The position numbers were made by a program, and so were the translations under genes. A stretch of DNA of 64,000 bases from Escherichia phage vB_EcoM_Goslar, in the sequence record NC_048170.1; one strand, given 5' to 3'. This document shows, piece after piece, positions 16,862 to 26,454 of this stretch (within the stretch, counting starts at the first letter, position 1; each line of letters begins with the position of its first letter). The notes under the pieces were generated by a model. That model was not told where the DNA came from, searched no databases, and worked only from the letters and a program-made list of their open reading frames with translations.

Positions 16862-17404
16862 ATGGCCTTAGACTTTAACAAAGCAGCAAAATCCCTTCTG
16901 CTTGATCTTATCAACACCAAAGCAACCCGTTCACTGGCCGAACAAGAACTGCAGTTCGGTACTCCGGCGGCATCTTTCGAACATTCTAAGAACACCGTTA
17001 TTCAGCTGGACGCTGCGCCTGAAGCAGAAAACCTGCAGGGTACTCAGCAGTTCTACTACGATCGTCTGGCTCTGTCTGACGTTTTCGCTGATGTAACCGG
17101 CGATGTTACTTTCGAACTGCCGCACGGTACCGACAGCATTCAGGCTTCTGAACTGGTGAACAAACTGGTCACCAAATTCGGCCTGGCTTCACTGAACGGT
17201 GAAATCAAAGAAGAAACCTTCCAGCTGTCTGGAGGTACTGTTGGTCAGGTAACTCTGAATGCGATCGAGAACGGCCTGGTATATACCGGCACTCTGCAGG
17301 TTGCTCTGACCTATGCAGCAGCACCGAAAGACCAACTGGCAACCGTTCTGGCGGATAACGTAGCTGATGGCTTCGTGAAACCGACCGTTAGCGTTGTTGG
17401 CTAA
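16862..17404 (+). CDS. short paralog of family A, predicted highly expressed
   Basis: QFYYDRLALSDVF and LVYTGTLQVAL motifs; strongly optimised codons (CTG, CGT, ACC, GGT, GAA); SD GAGGA 9 nt upstream. Confidence 0.6.
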   Translation: MALDFNKAAKSLLLDLINTKATRSLAEQELQFGTPAASFEHSKNTVIQLDAAPEAENLQGTQQFYYDRLALSDVFADVTGDVTFELPHGTDSIQASELVNKLVTKFGLASLNGEIKEETFQLSGGTVGQVTLNAIENGLVYTGTLQVALTYAAAPKDQLATVLADNVADGFVKPTVSVVG

Positions 17405-17603
17405 TAAGCACATAGAGCAATAGTATGGGTTTTGTACAGCTCGGCTATTGCTCTTCTACAATTTGGTTGTAACAATCTGCGTGGTTGCACGCTTATCTTT
17501 CTCATTGAGCGCTTCGTATGAAGCGTGGTGTTGAAAGGGTTGTGGATCTCCTCAAGCGGCCAGGGACCCAGACCAACCTGAATAAACACAAACAAACCTT
17601 AAG

Positions 17604-17637
17604 CCCCTCCTCAGCCCTTATCGGGTTGGGGAGGGGT
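17604..17637 (+). terminator. conserved stem-loop terminator (plus-sense copy)
   Basis: cccctcc-tcagccc-ttat-cgggttg-gggagggg followed by cttatacgtctttatg; downstream of the 16862..17404 gene. Confidence 0.55.
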
Positions 17638-17699
17638 CTTATACGTCTTTATGCGTTTCGTTCGTTCTGGAGCGTTTTAGGGCGGTTTACGACAGGGTT

Positions 17700-18335
17700 T
17701 TATTCAACACTGAAACCATTCAAACAGATAGCTTCATAACGCTTACGTTCACGACGTTTACGCGCCTGCCAGCCGTAAATAAACTTCTCGTCTTTCTCAC
17801 GACGTTCAGCTAATTCGATGTAATAGGTGCTCTGCATATCCAGCATCGCATCGATGAGATAATCCTTACCGGTTGCGCCACGCTTAGCGATATAAGCATC
17901 AAGAGCCGCCAGTGTTTTGGGGCCCATTGCGCCATCAGCGTCGATATCTTTCCAGTAAGTTTGACGGTTGTTCATGACGTTCAGGTAACGCTGGAGGTTC
18001 TTAACCGCAACCGTTTTACCTGCATTGATACCCAGGTCAAAGAGACGGTCAGCTAAAAACACAGAACGTTTCATGACGTCATCAAGTTTCATTTTATCCC
18101 AGAAATGGGTCTTGTAGATAAAGAACGCCATTTCCGTGGTAAGGTTACGCATGTTACCGTTCCAGCCGAATTTCGTTTTCAGCGTGGTTTTGTATTGATC
18201 AGCAAGCGCTTGCGTAATGCCGTGGTTTGTACATTTTCCGCTGTCGTCTGGGTCATCAACATACCCGCCTTCAACATCGGTTTTGTCGCGAATGATGAAT
18301 TCGCAGGTAAAATCTTTTTCAGTAATCTTAGCCAT
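17700..18335 (-). CDS. endolysin, GH108-type lysozyme with peptidoglycan-binding domain
   Basis: N-terminal EFIIRDKTDVEGGYVDDPDDSGKCTNHGIT matches the GH108 catalytic region; C-terminal half consistent with a PG-binding domain; SD GAGGAG. Confidence 0.7.
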   Translation of the reverse strand: MAKITEKDFTCEFIIRDKTDVEGGYVDDPDDSGKCTNHGITQALADQYKTTLKTKFGWNGNMRNLTTEMAFFIYKTHFWDKMKLDDVMKRSVFLADRLFDLGINAGKTVAVKNLQRYLNVMNNRQTYWKDIDADGAMGPKTLAALDAYIAKRGATGKDYLIDAMLDMQSTYYIELAERREKDEKFIYGWQARKRRERKRYEAICLNGFSVE

Positions 18336-18461
18336 TAGAACTCCTCGTTGGAATAACGATTTAGAGGAACAGGAAGGGTCTAGAACGCGATAAACGATTT
18401 AATCCAGGCAAACCCCAGGTTAAACTTTTCGAAGCGTTACAACGCGTTCTAGAACGTTGAA

Positions 18462-20510
18462 TTAAATACCCTTGGTTCCTTTCACGTGATGTGCGATTTC
18501 TTCAACCATTGCACGCAGAGCACGAAGCTGTTGGTCGTGTTCGTACCAACCACCTAACAGAACCCCGCTATACACCATGGTGTCAAGACTTAACAGTCCT
18601 TTATCTGATACGTTGATCATTTCAGGGAACTGTTCTTGAACACGCTGTGCGATAACACCGATCTTCTCGACATCAGGATCGTAGTTGTGACGGAAACGGG
18701 CAAGCCCACTGCGCGCCATTTCACGTAAACGTTCACTGAGAGATTCCGGATGATCTTTCAGATAACGAATGTCGTGTTTACTACGTTCATCCGAGCGAAT
18801 GTAAGCGTTAGGAACATCGATATTGCTGTTGAAGTACAGCGCACTACCACCGCCTGCAGAGTTCCCCCAATAGAAGCGTGTGATCTCACCGCCGCCATTT
18901 TCCGTGATGATAACATGTTTACCTAAACGCGTACCACCATTACCATCAACGAAGACCAGTTTGTTTCCGCTGTAAGAACCCCAGAACAAGCGTGTATCGA
19001 TGATGTGTGTTGCAGCGAGACGGGCGTTACGTGGTGTAGAATACACGGTGTTAACATCTTGCTGCGCATGTGCATCGGAAGCGATACCATAGTTCTGTAC
19101 GTTACCCAATCCCACCTGCGCTTTCGTAACAGCGTGAGGGTTATCCCGACGGTTAGCGTGAGCGTTAACCAGATCACCCGCTAATTTCTGAATTGCCCAG
19201 TTGGTAGACTGTGGTGTCATGTAACGGTTCGTTGCAGAACCACCTTGCGCTTCAGCTTGGTTAGCGGTTGGGTAGTTCTCAACACTTCCTAACCCTACTT
19301 GTGCTTTAGACACTTGGTGTGGGTTATTCTTGTCAGCGATATGCGCATTAAGCGGAACTAACGCAAAGGTCTCAATGGACGCTTTGGTTGTGTTCGGTGC
19401 CATTAATCGGTTAGCTGCAACACCGGCACGCGCTTCTTCTTCAGAAGCCATTGGGTAGTCTTGCACATTCCCCAACCCAACCTGCGCTTTGGTTACCCTG
19501 TGTGGGTTGTTGTAATCGGCTTTATGCGCATTAAGTGGGATCAATGCGAACTGTTCAATCGATGCAGCGGTGCGTAGCGGCGTCATGAAACGGTTGTTCG
19601 CTGTTCCGGCTTTCGCCTCTTCATCCGAAGCGGTCGGGAAGTTATCAACGTTCCCAAGGTTAACCTGTGCTTTGGTGACGCTATGTGGGTTATCCCGACG
19701 GTTAGCATGCGCGTCGACCAGATCACCCGCCAGTTTAGCAATCGCCCAGCCAACCGTCTGTGCGGTCATGTAGCGGTCAGGTGCAGTACCGGCTTCTGCC
19801 TCCGCCTTGTTTGCGGTAGGATAGTTCTGTACGTTACCTAGTCCGACTTGGGCTTTTGTTACTTCGTGTGGGTTATCGGTACGGTTAGCATGCGCGTAAT
19901 GCAGATCGGTCAGATCTTTATCCGCCGCTTGCATGTCTTTGCGTAGCTGATCGATTGCCGCCCAGAGACGGTTATCGGACGCAGCATCACCGATAAGTAT
20001 TGCGGCTTTTAACGAATAGATCGCTAAGCAAAGATGTTCGGTACCGTAAATAGCACTAACGTGGTGGATGTGTGGCTCAGGCGGATAAAGTTCCGGTTTG
20101 TTCTTGATGTCATCCCAGTTGATCGGACGATCGTCAAGTTTGAGTTCTTCGATAGCCTGATATAACGCGTCAATAAGACTTACGTAAACACCACCGATGA
20201 TACGATAGTCGTTAACTAACGTCCCCTCGATATCATCGTTGATAATGGCGATGGCTGCACAGATTTCTTTACCCGCGTAAAGCGTTGCATCCTGGTACAA
20301 GAAAATGGGTTTATAATCCACGCCTCGTACCAGTGTCTTACCGGTAAGCTTTTCAGTGATGACCAGACTTTCGGTGAAGAACGGTCCGCCATCAAGGGCG
20401 TAACATTTATTCTCGGTTCGTGGAACGGTATGCTCTTCACCAACGATGTGGTTGCTGGCGAGTGTACCGGTCCAGTCCTCGGGGTACTTCAGGGTAATTG
20501 GTGTCGACAT
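18462..20510 (-). CDS. tail fibre protein with repeat array and C-terminal peptidase-S74 chaperone domain
   Basis: At least six repeats of NPHxVTKAQVGLGNVxNY (about 40-aa period); C-terminal ~110 aa contain S-D-E-R-S-K fitting the S-D-x-x-x-K self-cleavage site of S74 domains. Confidence 0.7.
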   Translation of the reverse strand: MSTPITLKYPEDWTGTLASNHIVGEEHTVPRTENKCYALDGGPFFTESLVITEKLTGKTLVRGVDYKPIFLYQDATLYAGKEICAAIAIINDDIEGTLVNDYRIIGGVYVSLIDALYQAIEELKLDDRPINWDDIKNKPELYPPEPHIHHVSAIYGTEHLCLAIYSLKAAILIGDAASDNRLWAAIDQLRKDMQAADKDLTDLHYAHANRTDNPHEVTKAQVGLGNVQNYPTANKAEAEAGTAPDRYMTAQTVGWAIAKLAGDLVDAHANRRDNPHSVTKAQVNLGNVDNFPTASDEEAKAGTANNRFMTPLRTAASIEQFALIPLNAHKADYNNPHRVTKAQVGLGNVQDYPMASEEEARAGVAANRLMAPNTTKASIETFALVPLNAHIADKNNPHQVSKAQVGLGSVENYPTANQAEAQGGSATNRYMTPQSTNWAIQKLAGDLVNAHANRRDNPHAVTKAQVGLGNVQNYGIASDAHAQQDVNTVYSTPRNARLAATHIIDTRLFWGSYSGNKLVFVDGNGGTRLGKHVIITENGGGEITRFYWGNSAGGGSALYFNSNIDVPNAYIRSDERSKHDIRYLKDHPESLSERLREMARSGLARFRHNYDPDVEKIGVIAQRVQEQFPEMINVSDKGLLSLDTMVYSGVLLGGWYEHDQQLRALRAMVEEIAHHVKGTKGI
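18465..18800 (-). other. predicted S74 self-cleaving chaperone domain (C-terminus of the fibre)
   Basis: YIRS|DERSKHDIRYL with Ser and Lys spaced as in the endosialidase/T5 pb1-type chaperone domain. Confidence 0.55.
19040..19880 (-). repeat. in-frame coding repeat array (about 120-nt units) in the fibre gene
   Basis: Six to seven consecutive copies of the NPHxVTKAQVGLGNV unit with flanking Ala/Gly-rich linkers. Confidence 0.6.
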
Positions 20511-20523
20511 AACCTGGAGGTCC

Positions 20524-23127
20524 TTATAACGTGACTGTACCTAATTTGGTTGTCTTATTGAGATTAATGACAGAGATCTGGGTATCGCTGGTCGTAATCG
20601 TTCCGATATTAACGCGCTGTCCTTTATCATCTTCTTGCTTGTAGATGGTTAACTCCAGCTCTAACTGATTACCATTAGGAACAACGGAAACGTACCATGT
20701 TTTATTACCTGGTGAACTATTATAGTCTTTTAGGTTATAATGGCCTTTAGGTAAGGTCATGACCTTACCGGCAAACAAGCAAGTGATGTCTTCGTTGATG
20801 TAGATATCGTAACCGGAAGCAGCAACGACCGTAGAAACCATGTAACGGTTTTTAACAGCGAGAGCTTTATATTCCGCAACGGAATTACCGACAGCGTTAA
20901 AGACCTGCCCGCCATTACCCATCACCGTAGAGACTGCGGTATCAACATAACCGATTCCCCACACCGGATGCACGTTCCAGCGATAGCCGCTTGTCTGTAG
21001 GTAAGCATACATACCTTCAAATGCGATGGTTGTCCAGTTCCCATCGTTTTGTCGTCCAGCTCGGAACTGATAGGTGTTCTGGTTCCCTGCAGACTGACGG
21101 GAGTACGGAACATGTCCCGCAACAAGCCATCCATCACTAACCTTCTTGTAAGCTAATACACCCCAGGCAGCATCCTGACTACCGATATTTGTTGAATCGG
21201 GTTCTTCGACATAACCCAGCAATTTGGTTACGCCCGTCACCGTAATAGCGCCTTTACGCGCGGATACGGTAACCTCTGCAGCGATTCGTCCATGTACGCG
21301 TGTGCTGGTATTACAGCCAGCAACAAACAGGATACAGGGTGCGTTTGTACCATCTGGAGGCACTGCTAACGCATGTCGCCACTGACTTACCCCTGATAAC
21401 TTAGATCCTGTATATGCGTTCCACACAAGCTGACCGCCTGCCTGCAGATTCGCTGCGGTTATGCTGATGGCTTCACCGGATGGTGCAAGTTTGGTTGCAT
21501 CGTAACCGATTTTGCTTGTTAGGACCGCATCGGTTAAATAAGACCCGCTAACCACCGTATTGTCATCGCTTAAATGCACGGTTAGGAAAGGTAACGACAT
21601 TTGACCCGTTCTAACCACCACGTTGTTGGAAGGCGGAAAACCGTAAACATTAATACCCTCGCCCTGATAATGGTAATTGAGGTTCCAGTCATAGGTCACT
21701 AGACGAGCCTCAAAATTACCCTGTCCGCCAGCCGTACGCGAGTTAACAAAAACCTTGTTCTTAGAAAAGAAACCCAGGTAACCATGGGACGCGAGTGCAC
21801 CAACGACGCGATCCCCGACGCTTTTCCAGTTTGAATCGTACTGTCTTCCACCGGTCGGGCCGAGTTTGGCGAGTTCGTCGAACACGTTTCCAGAGAAACC
21901 ATTGATGGTGTACGATCTCGCTTGGGGGGCGGATAAGTTGTCGTTTTGGATAAGGGCTACCTGACCACGTTCGTTGATTTCGATATTCCCGGTACCGTTA
22001 CCCGAACCCCATTGCCAGAAACCATCGTTATATGCACTTGTCCCCTCCGTTGTGTTGGAAGGTCCTATCCAGTCAATACCGCTGCTGGTTGACGTGTAAG
22101 TCGATTGTCCAGCGCCTGGGTTCATGCTGTAACTGTTGTTGGCGGTTTCGAAATCCAGATAAAACTGATGCAGCCCATTTTTATTCTTGTTATTGCGGTT
22201 GTTCGTCCACCACGCCGAAGCAATCAGAATGCGTGCTTTAGTGCCTTTGGTTGCTGCAAGCAGACGAATCTGGGCACGCCAGACGATTTGACCGATCCCG
22301 TCAGAAGGGAAATCGTTCGCAGTTATGCGGTTGCAGACAATCATCTCGGCGCTGTTGCTTATTGCCGTTCCTTCTATCGTTCTACCGCTAATATTCGTAA
22401 GCTGTGTAGCTGCTACGCTGCCACCGCTGGGACCGATGGAAGATTTAGTTACGGTATAAACATTTAAGTAGAGTTTATAACTGTTAGTGCCAGCAATAGC
22501 GATGTAGATTTTACCGTTAATTTCCCAACAGCAGACATTCGGTGACGTATCAACAAAGTTGGCAAGACTACCATCGAGATACATGGCGACGTGTTTGGAT
22601 GCATCAAACGTTCCGTCTGTCAATGCGATAAACATTTTAGGGCTGCTACCGTCTTCAAAAGCAGCTTGACCTAACATGATACCGTTCTGGTGACAGTATA
22701 TCGCCGTAGGAATACGGTCGAGCGTCGCGGGTTCATAACGACGACTGGTTGGGATAACTTCGGTGATTTGCCCGTTTTGATCTGTTTTACAGATAACGTA
22801 GTAAACCCCTTTCTTTACGCTGTTTGTTGCTGAACGCAATAACACGATGGTACCGTCCGATTCACGACATACGCCGTAACGACGGTATCTGTCGTTTAGG
22901 GAGATAGCACCATCAGCGGAGCCTTCAATTGCCAGAGGAAAATAACTTTGGTCCCCAACCTGTTCGATATCGGTTACGCCAATATCGATGTATTTTTCCA
23001 TCTCGGCGTTGAACTCAGCGGTACTGTAGGCCCCAAGATCACTCGCTTTTAGTCCCGTTGGGTTGTCGCGACTGGCGATACGCGTAGTAACGCTACTCAC
23101 CAGTTCGCTGAACTTTTTCATTGCCAT
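20524..23127 (-). CDS. tail fibre or tail spike protein (receptor-binding candidate)
   Basis: 867-aa ORF inside the fibre module, Gly/Ser/Thr/Asn-rich beta-type composition; SD GAGGTG. Confidence 0.45.
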   Translation of the reverse strand: MAMKKFSELVSSVTTRIASRDNPTGLKASDLGAYSTAEFNAEMEKYIDIGVTDIEQVGDQSYFPLAIEGSADGAISLNDRYRRYGVCRESDGTIVLLRSATNSVKKGVYYVICKTDQNGQITEVIPTSRRYEPATLDRIPTAIYCHQNGIMLGQAAFEDGSSPKMFIALTDGTFDASKHVAMYLDGSLANFVDTSPNVCCWEINGKIYIAIAGTNSYKLYLNVYTVTKSSIGPSGGSVAATQLTNISGRTIEGTAISNSAEMIVCNRITANDFPSDGIGQIVWRAQIRLLAATKGTKARILIASAWWTNNRNNKNKNGLHQFYLDFETANNSYSMNPGAGQSTYTSTSSGIDWIGPSNTTEGTSAYNDGFWQWGSGNGTGNIEINERGQVALIQNDNLSAPQARSYTINGFSGNVFDELAKLGPTGGRQYDSNWKSVGDRVVGALASHGYLGFFSKNKVFVNSRTAGGQGNFEARLVTYDWNLNYHYQGEGINVYGFPPSNNVVVRTGQMSLPFLTVHLSDDNTVVSGSYLTDAVLTSKIGYDATKLAPSGEAISITAANLQAGGQLVWNAYTGSKLSGVSQWRHALAVPPDGTNAPCILFVAGCNTSTRVHGRIAAEVTVSARKGAITVTGVTKLLGYVEEPDSTNIGSQDAAWGVLAYKKVSDGWLVAGHVPYSRQSAGNQNTYQFRAGRQNDGNWTTIAFEGMYAYLQTSGYRWNVHPVWGIGYVDTAVSTVMGNGGQVFNAVGNSVAEYKALAVKNRYMVSTVVAASGYDIYINEDITCLFAGKVMTLPKGHYNLKDYNSSPGNKTWYVSVVPNGNQLELELTIYKQEDDKGQRVNIGTITTSDTQISVINLNKTTKLGTVTL

Positions 23128-23139
23128 TATTCACCTCGA

Positions 23140-23625
23140 TTAAATAGGCGAGTCGGGTAGCTGACCATCATCGATCTCGATGGTGGCCACCTTACGTGTT
23201 GCAGCAAGATGTGATGTACCCTGGATTTTGTTCCAGGTGCCGATACGCATGGCGTTTTTGTAGCTACTATCGCTATCGTTCAGCGTGTAAACAAAACCGC
23301 TATCGGTTACGGCAAGATAGATCCAGCCCACAGACTCACTGATACCAGACACATCCAAAGTCGTTGCTGGTACTGTCCCTACCACCGTGTTGTATTCCGC
23401 TGTACCTTGACCAATGCTGATCCGCCCGTTGCTGTAACTGGCTGCCGGAAGCGTTTTATTTCGACTGAAGAAAAGAAACGGAAGGTAACGCTGGGTAACA
23501 AGCGGTGCAAGTTTAGGAGCCACTTCGGTCTTAACGTAGACATCTGTTTGTTCTGGCGTTACCTCGTGAGGGTTCTTTTGGGTAAGATACGTCCCCCATT
23601 CAGAAAGCAGTGTTGATAGCTTCAT
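23140..23625 (-). CDS. small fibre-associated protein (single fibre-repeat unit)
   Basis: N-terminus LTQKNPHEVTPEQTDVYVK resembles one unit of the fibre repeat. Confidence 0.45.
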   Translation of the reverse strand: MKLSTLLSEWGTYLTQKNPHEVTPEQTDVYVKTEVAPKLAPLVTQRYLPFLFFSRNKTLPAASYSNGRISIGQGTAEYNTVVGTVPATTLDVSGISESVGWIYLAVTDSGFVYTLNDSDSSYKNAMRIGTWNKIQGTSHLAATRKVATIEIDDGQLPDSPI

Positions 23626-23629
23626 GCGG

Positions 23630-24139
23630 TTACCCCATGTAACGTTTTTGGCCGAGGATGAAGACTTTGTTGAATACCACCGAAGTGATTCCTGTTGCGT
23701 TACAGCTCACCTGCCCGACGCGAATTGCTGTTGACGTATCGACCCCAGCACTACTCTGCCAGATCCAATCGATCGATCCGTCTTTCTGACGAATGAAAAG
23801 ATAACCGGTTTTGTTCGCCCAGTCGGAAGTAAGTTTTTTGATGTCTAGCGTTCCTTTCGCCAGAATATAGTCGGTACCGGCGATCATGACGGGTATTTCA
23901 GGATACGAGATTACCGTACCGCTGGCAGTAACGTTGCTGATGCGTTCGCTACGAATATCGGTACAGTCACCGAAATACGCTACGGGGAGTATCCCCTTAG
24001 GGAGCTTTTTGCCGATTCTCGTATCGATCGTGTTTTTATCGGGTGCGCCGATTTGTGCTGCGGTGACTTGGTTAGGGTTATCCTTCCTTGTGTACCAAGT
24101 CGTCATGCGAGCACCTAATTCACTCATTTTTGTGCCCAT
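23630..24139 (-). CDS. small fibre-associated protein (single fibre-repeat unit)
   Basis: N-terminus RKDNPNQVTAAQIGAPDKN; track start is GTG, ATG at 24137-24139 has SD TAGGA. Confidence 0.45.
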   Translation of the reverse strand: MGTKMSELGARMTTWYTRKDNPNQVTAAQIGAPDKNTIDTRIGKKLPKGILPVAYFGDCTDIRSERISNVTASGTVISYPEIPVMIAGTDYILAKGTLDIKKLTSDWANKTGYLFIRQKDGSIDWIWQSSAGVDTSTAIRVGQVSCNATGITSVVFNKVFILGQKRYMG

Positions 24140-24196
24140 TTTCACGTCCTATCGAAAAATAAAAAGAAGGAAAGGTGGGTAGAACCCACCCATCCG

Positions 24197-26350
24197 TTAT
24201 AACGTTTCGAAGTCGGTTGCTTTGATAACCGCGTTGAAGTTGGCAAGGAATTCCTTAAGCAGTGCTTGGAAGACATCACGAAACGCTGTGTTCGTCTGCA
24301 AGCTGGTTAAATAATCGTTCTTAAGGTAATCGCTCAGCTTACCGATCTTCTGCATCTTCTCGCCGTCTTGGTTCTCTCCAGGTTCTTGGCTGTTGATGTT
24401 AACCCATTTGATCCCTTCGAGATCGCCATCGGCAAGGAAGTTGGCGGGTGTCTCATCGTCGTTCAGGATTTTAATCGTATCACTGGATTCAATGCCACCG
24501 TAAGCTTCCAGAAGCTGGTTGACTGTTAGCTTATTGGTGTTGATTGAACCATTGACACCATCGATACCGATGCCTGCACCTGTGATGGATGTCGCCGAAA
24601 GATCGATCGGTCCGGTTAACTTACCACCGTTGATCGGTAACGCACCAACTTGCTCAGCGGTGTGTGTATGGTCAGCTAACGCCGCAAACGCCACGATAGA
24701 CTTATATGTCGAATACGGCGTCATATACGCTGATTGGTTGGTGTTGTCAGCCGCTTCAGTATCGGTAGCGATATTAAAGTTCTGCACGTTGCTGAGACCG
24801 ACCTGCACCTTCGTTACTTCATGCGGGTTGTTCTTATTGACAACGTGTGCTGCAAAACCATCACCAGCTAAAGCAGTGATTGCCGCTTTTGTCGCAGCCG
24901 GTGTCATATAGCGGTTGGTTGCTTCACCCGTTTGCGCCTCTTCGTCGGAAGCAACAGGATAGTTCTCAACGCTTCCCAAACCGACCTGAGATTTTGTTAC
25001 TTGGTGTGGGTTTTCGGTATTCGCAATATGACTACTGAACCCTTGACCCGCCAGTTGCTCGATTGCGTAACGAACAAGTATTGGTGTCATGTACTTGTTG
25101 TTAACTTGACCATCGATAGCTTCTTGGGTGGTGGCAACCCCGAAGTTTTGCACGCTCCCCAACCCAACTTGCGCTTTCGTAACAGCGTGGGGGTTATTGG
25201 TGTTACCGATGTGATCGGTAACCGTTGGGGTGATTAATCCTGCGATAGCGGCTGCCGTGGTCGCAGGGGTCATGTATTTATCGTTAGCAACACCCGCAGC
25301 AGCTTCTACGTTAGATGCTACACCGTAGTTCAATACATTTCCTAACCCAACCTGCGCCTTGGTTACCCCGTGGGGGTTGTTCTTGTCTCCGGTATGGGTT
25401 GTCAACGTAGCGTTAACGTTATCGATACGCGTGCTTAAGCTATCAGTGATTGCTTTGATTGCGGCTCGTACACCCGCTGGTGTTGTGTACAGATCTGTGG
25501 CCGTACCGGTAATGGTTGTATTACTATCGGCTACACCGTAGTTCTCAACGTTTCCGAGTCCCACCTGGGCTTTCGTTACCTTGTGTGGGTTGTTGTAGTT
25601 GCTGATGTGCGCAGCAGCACTATCACCACTCAGGTTAGCGATCATCTTACGCGTCATCGCCAACGTCATGTACAGATTTTCACCGATGGTTTCCAGATCG
25701 CTCTCGGTCGCCGTTGTGAAGTTCTGAACATTTCCTAACCCAACCTGCGCCTTGGTTACCCCGTGGGGGTTATCGCGACGATTCTCGTGCTGCAGCAATG
25801 CAGTCATTGCTTTATTGAACCCTTCTTCAAGCGGTTCTTTCAATGATTCGATTGCAGCCACCACATCGTCCCACGTCATTGTGTCGGTTTCGACATTATG
25901 TTGGTGGTTGATTGGCGGGAATACGGAAGGAACGTCAGCAACCTTTTCCCAGAACGTAACGCGAGGGTCGTAAAGGTTGTTGGCTAAAACGTTAAGAATT
26001 TGTTGTTGATCAAGTGTAAACTCACCCCCCAGTGAATAGTAGTTCAGTTGCAACTGTCCACTGAATGCGGTGTCCAACAGCATGATGGAACCGTATAATT
26101 CCAGGCCGGTCAGCGCAGCCATGGCACGGAAGGGGTGAGTGCATAAAAAGTCAACGCCTTCTTCCAGATACGCGTTTGTTTCAGGGTTGTAGATCTTTAA
26201 CCCATTGCGAAAATATGGCGCGTATTTAGGAACGAGAAAGTTAAATCCGGTCCCCGTGGAAGGACGGACAGTGACGAGTTCTTCTGGAACCCATGCGCCA
26301 TCCAAATTCCCCTGCGGGTTATACGGAAGGCGTTTAATTTCATCTGTCAT
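24197..26350 (-). CDS. tail fibre protein with repeat array
   Basis: At least eight repeats of NPHxVTKAQVGLGNVxN between residues ~190 and 540; C-terminal domain differs from the S74-containing fibre. Confidence 0.65.
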   Translation of the reverse strand: MTDEIKRLPYNPQGNLDGAWVPEELVTVRPSTGTGFNFLVPKYAPYFRNGLKIYNPETNAYLEEGVDFLCTHPFRAMAALTGLELYGSIMLLDTAFSGQLQLNYYSLGGEFTLDQQQILNVLANNLYDPRVTFWEKVADVPSVFPPINHQHNVETDTMTWDDVVAAIESLKEPLEEGFNKAMTALLQHENRRDNPHGVTKAQVGLGNVQNFTTATESDLETIGENLYMTLAMTRKMIANLSGDSAAAHISNYNNPHKVTKAQVGLGNVENYGVADSNTTITGTATDLYTTPAGVRAAIKAITDSLSTRIDNVNATLTTHTGDKNNPHGVTKAQVGLGNVLNYGVASNVEAAAGVANDKYMTPATTAAAIAGLITPTVTDHIGNTNNPHAVTKAQVGLGSVQNFGVATTQEAIDGQVNNKYMTPILVRYAIEQLAGQGFSSHIANTENPHQVTKSQVGLGSVENYPVASDEEAQTGEATNRYMTPAATKAAITALAGDGFAAHVVNKNNPHEVTKVQVGLSNVQNFNIATDTEAADNTNQSAYMTPYSTYKSIVAFAALADHTHTAEQVGALPINGGKLTGPIDLSATSITGAGIGIDGVNGSINTNKLTVNQLLEAYGGIESSDTIKILNDDETPANFLADGDLEGIKWVNINSQEPGENQDGEKMQKIGKLSDYLKNDYLTSLQTNTAFRDVFQALLKEFLANFNAVIKATDFETL
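24730..25780 (-). repeat. in-frame coding repeat array in the second fibre gene
   Basis: Same repeat family as 19040..19880. Confidence 0.6.
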
Positions 26351-26381
26351 GATGCGCCCTTTACAAGTTGTTAGTAAGTAT

Positions 26382-26400
26382 GGGATACCCTGGGGTATCC
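26382..26400. promoter_or_regulatory. palindromic operator-like site in a divergent intergenic region
   Basis: GGATACC-ctgg-GGTATCC between the divergent starts at 26350 and 26455. Confidence 0.3.
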
Positions 26401-26454
26401 TGTGTTAACAGCGGTAAAATATTACTGTAACTATAAAATAAGGGGGCCTCTCCC

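Noticed and set aside
17414-17454. 10-bp inverted repeat AGAGCAATAG / CTATTGCTCT just after the 16862..17404 stop
   Set aside because: Single occurrence with a 21-nt loop and no conserved flanking motif; the family hairpin at 17604-17637 is the better terminator candidate for this gene.
17518-17739. 73-aa plus-strand ORF spanning the hairpin at 17604-17637
   Set aside because: It reads straight through a conserved terminator hairpin and overlaps the 3' end of the endolysin gene on the other strand; no SD.
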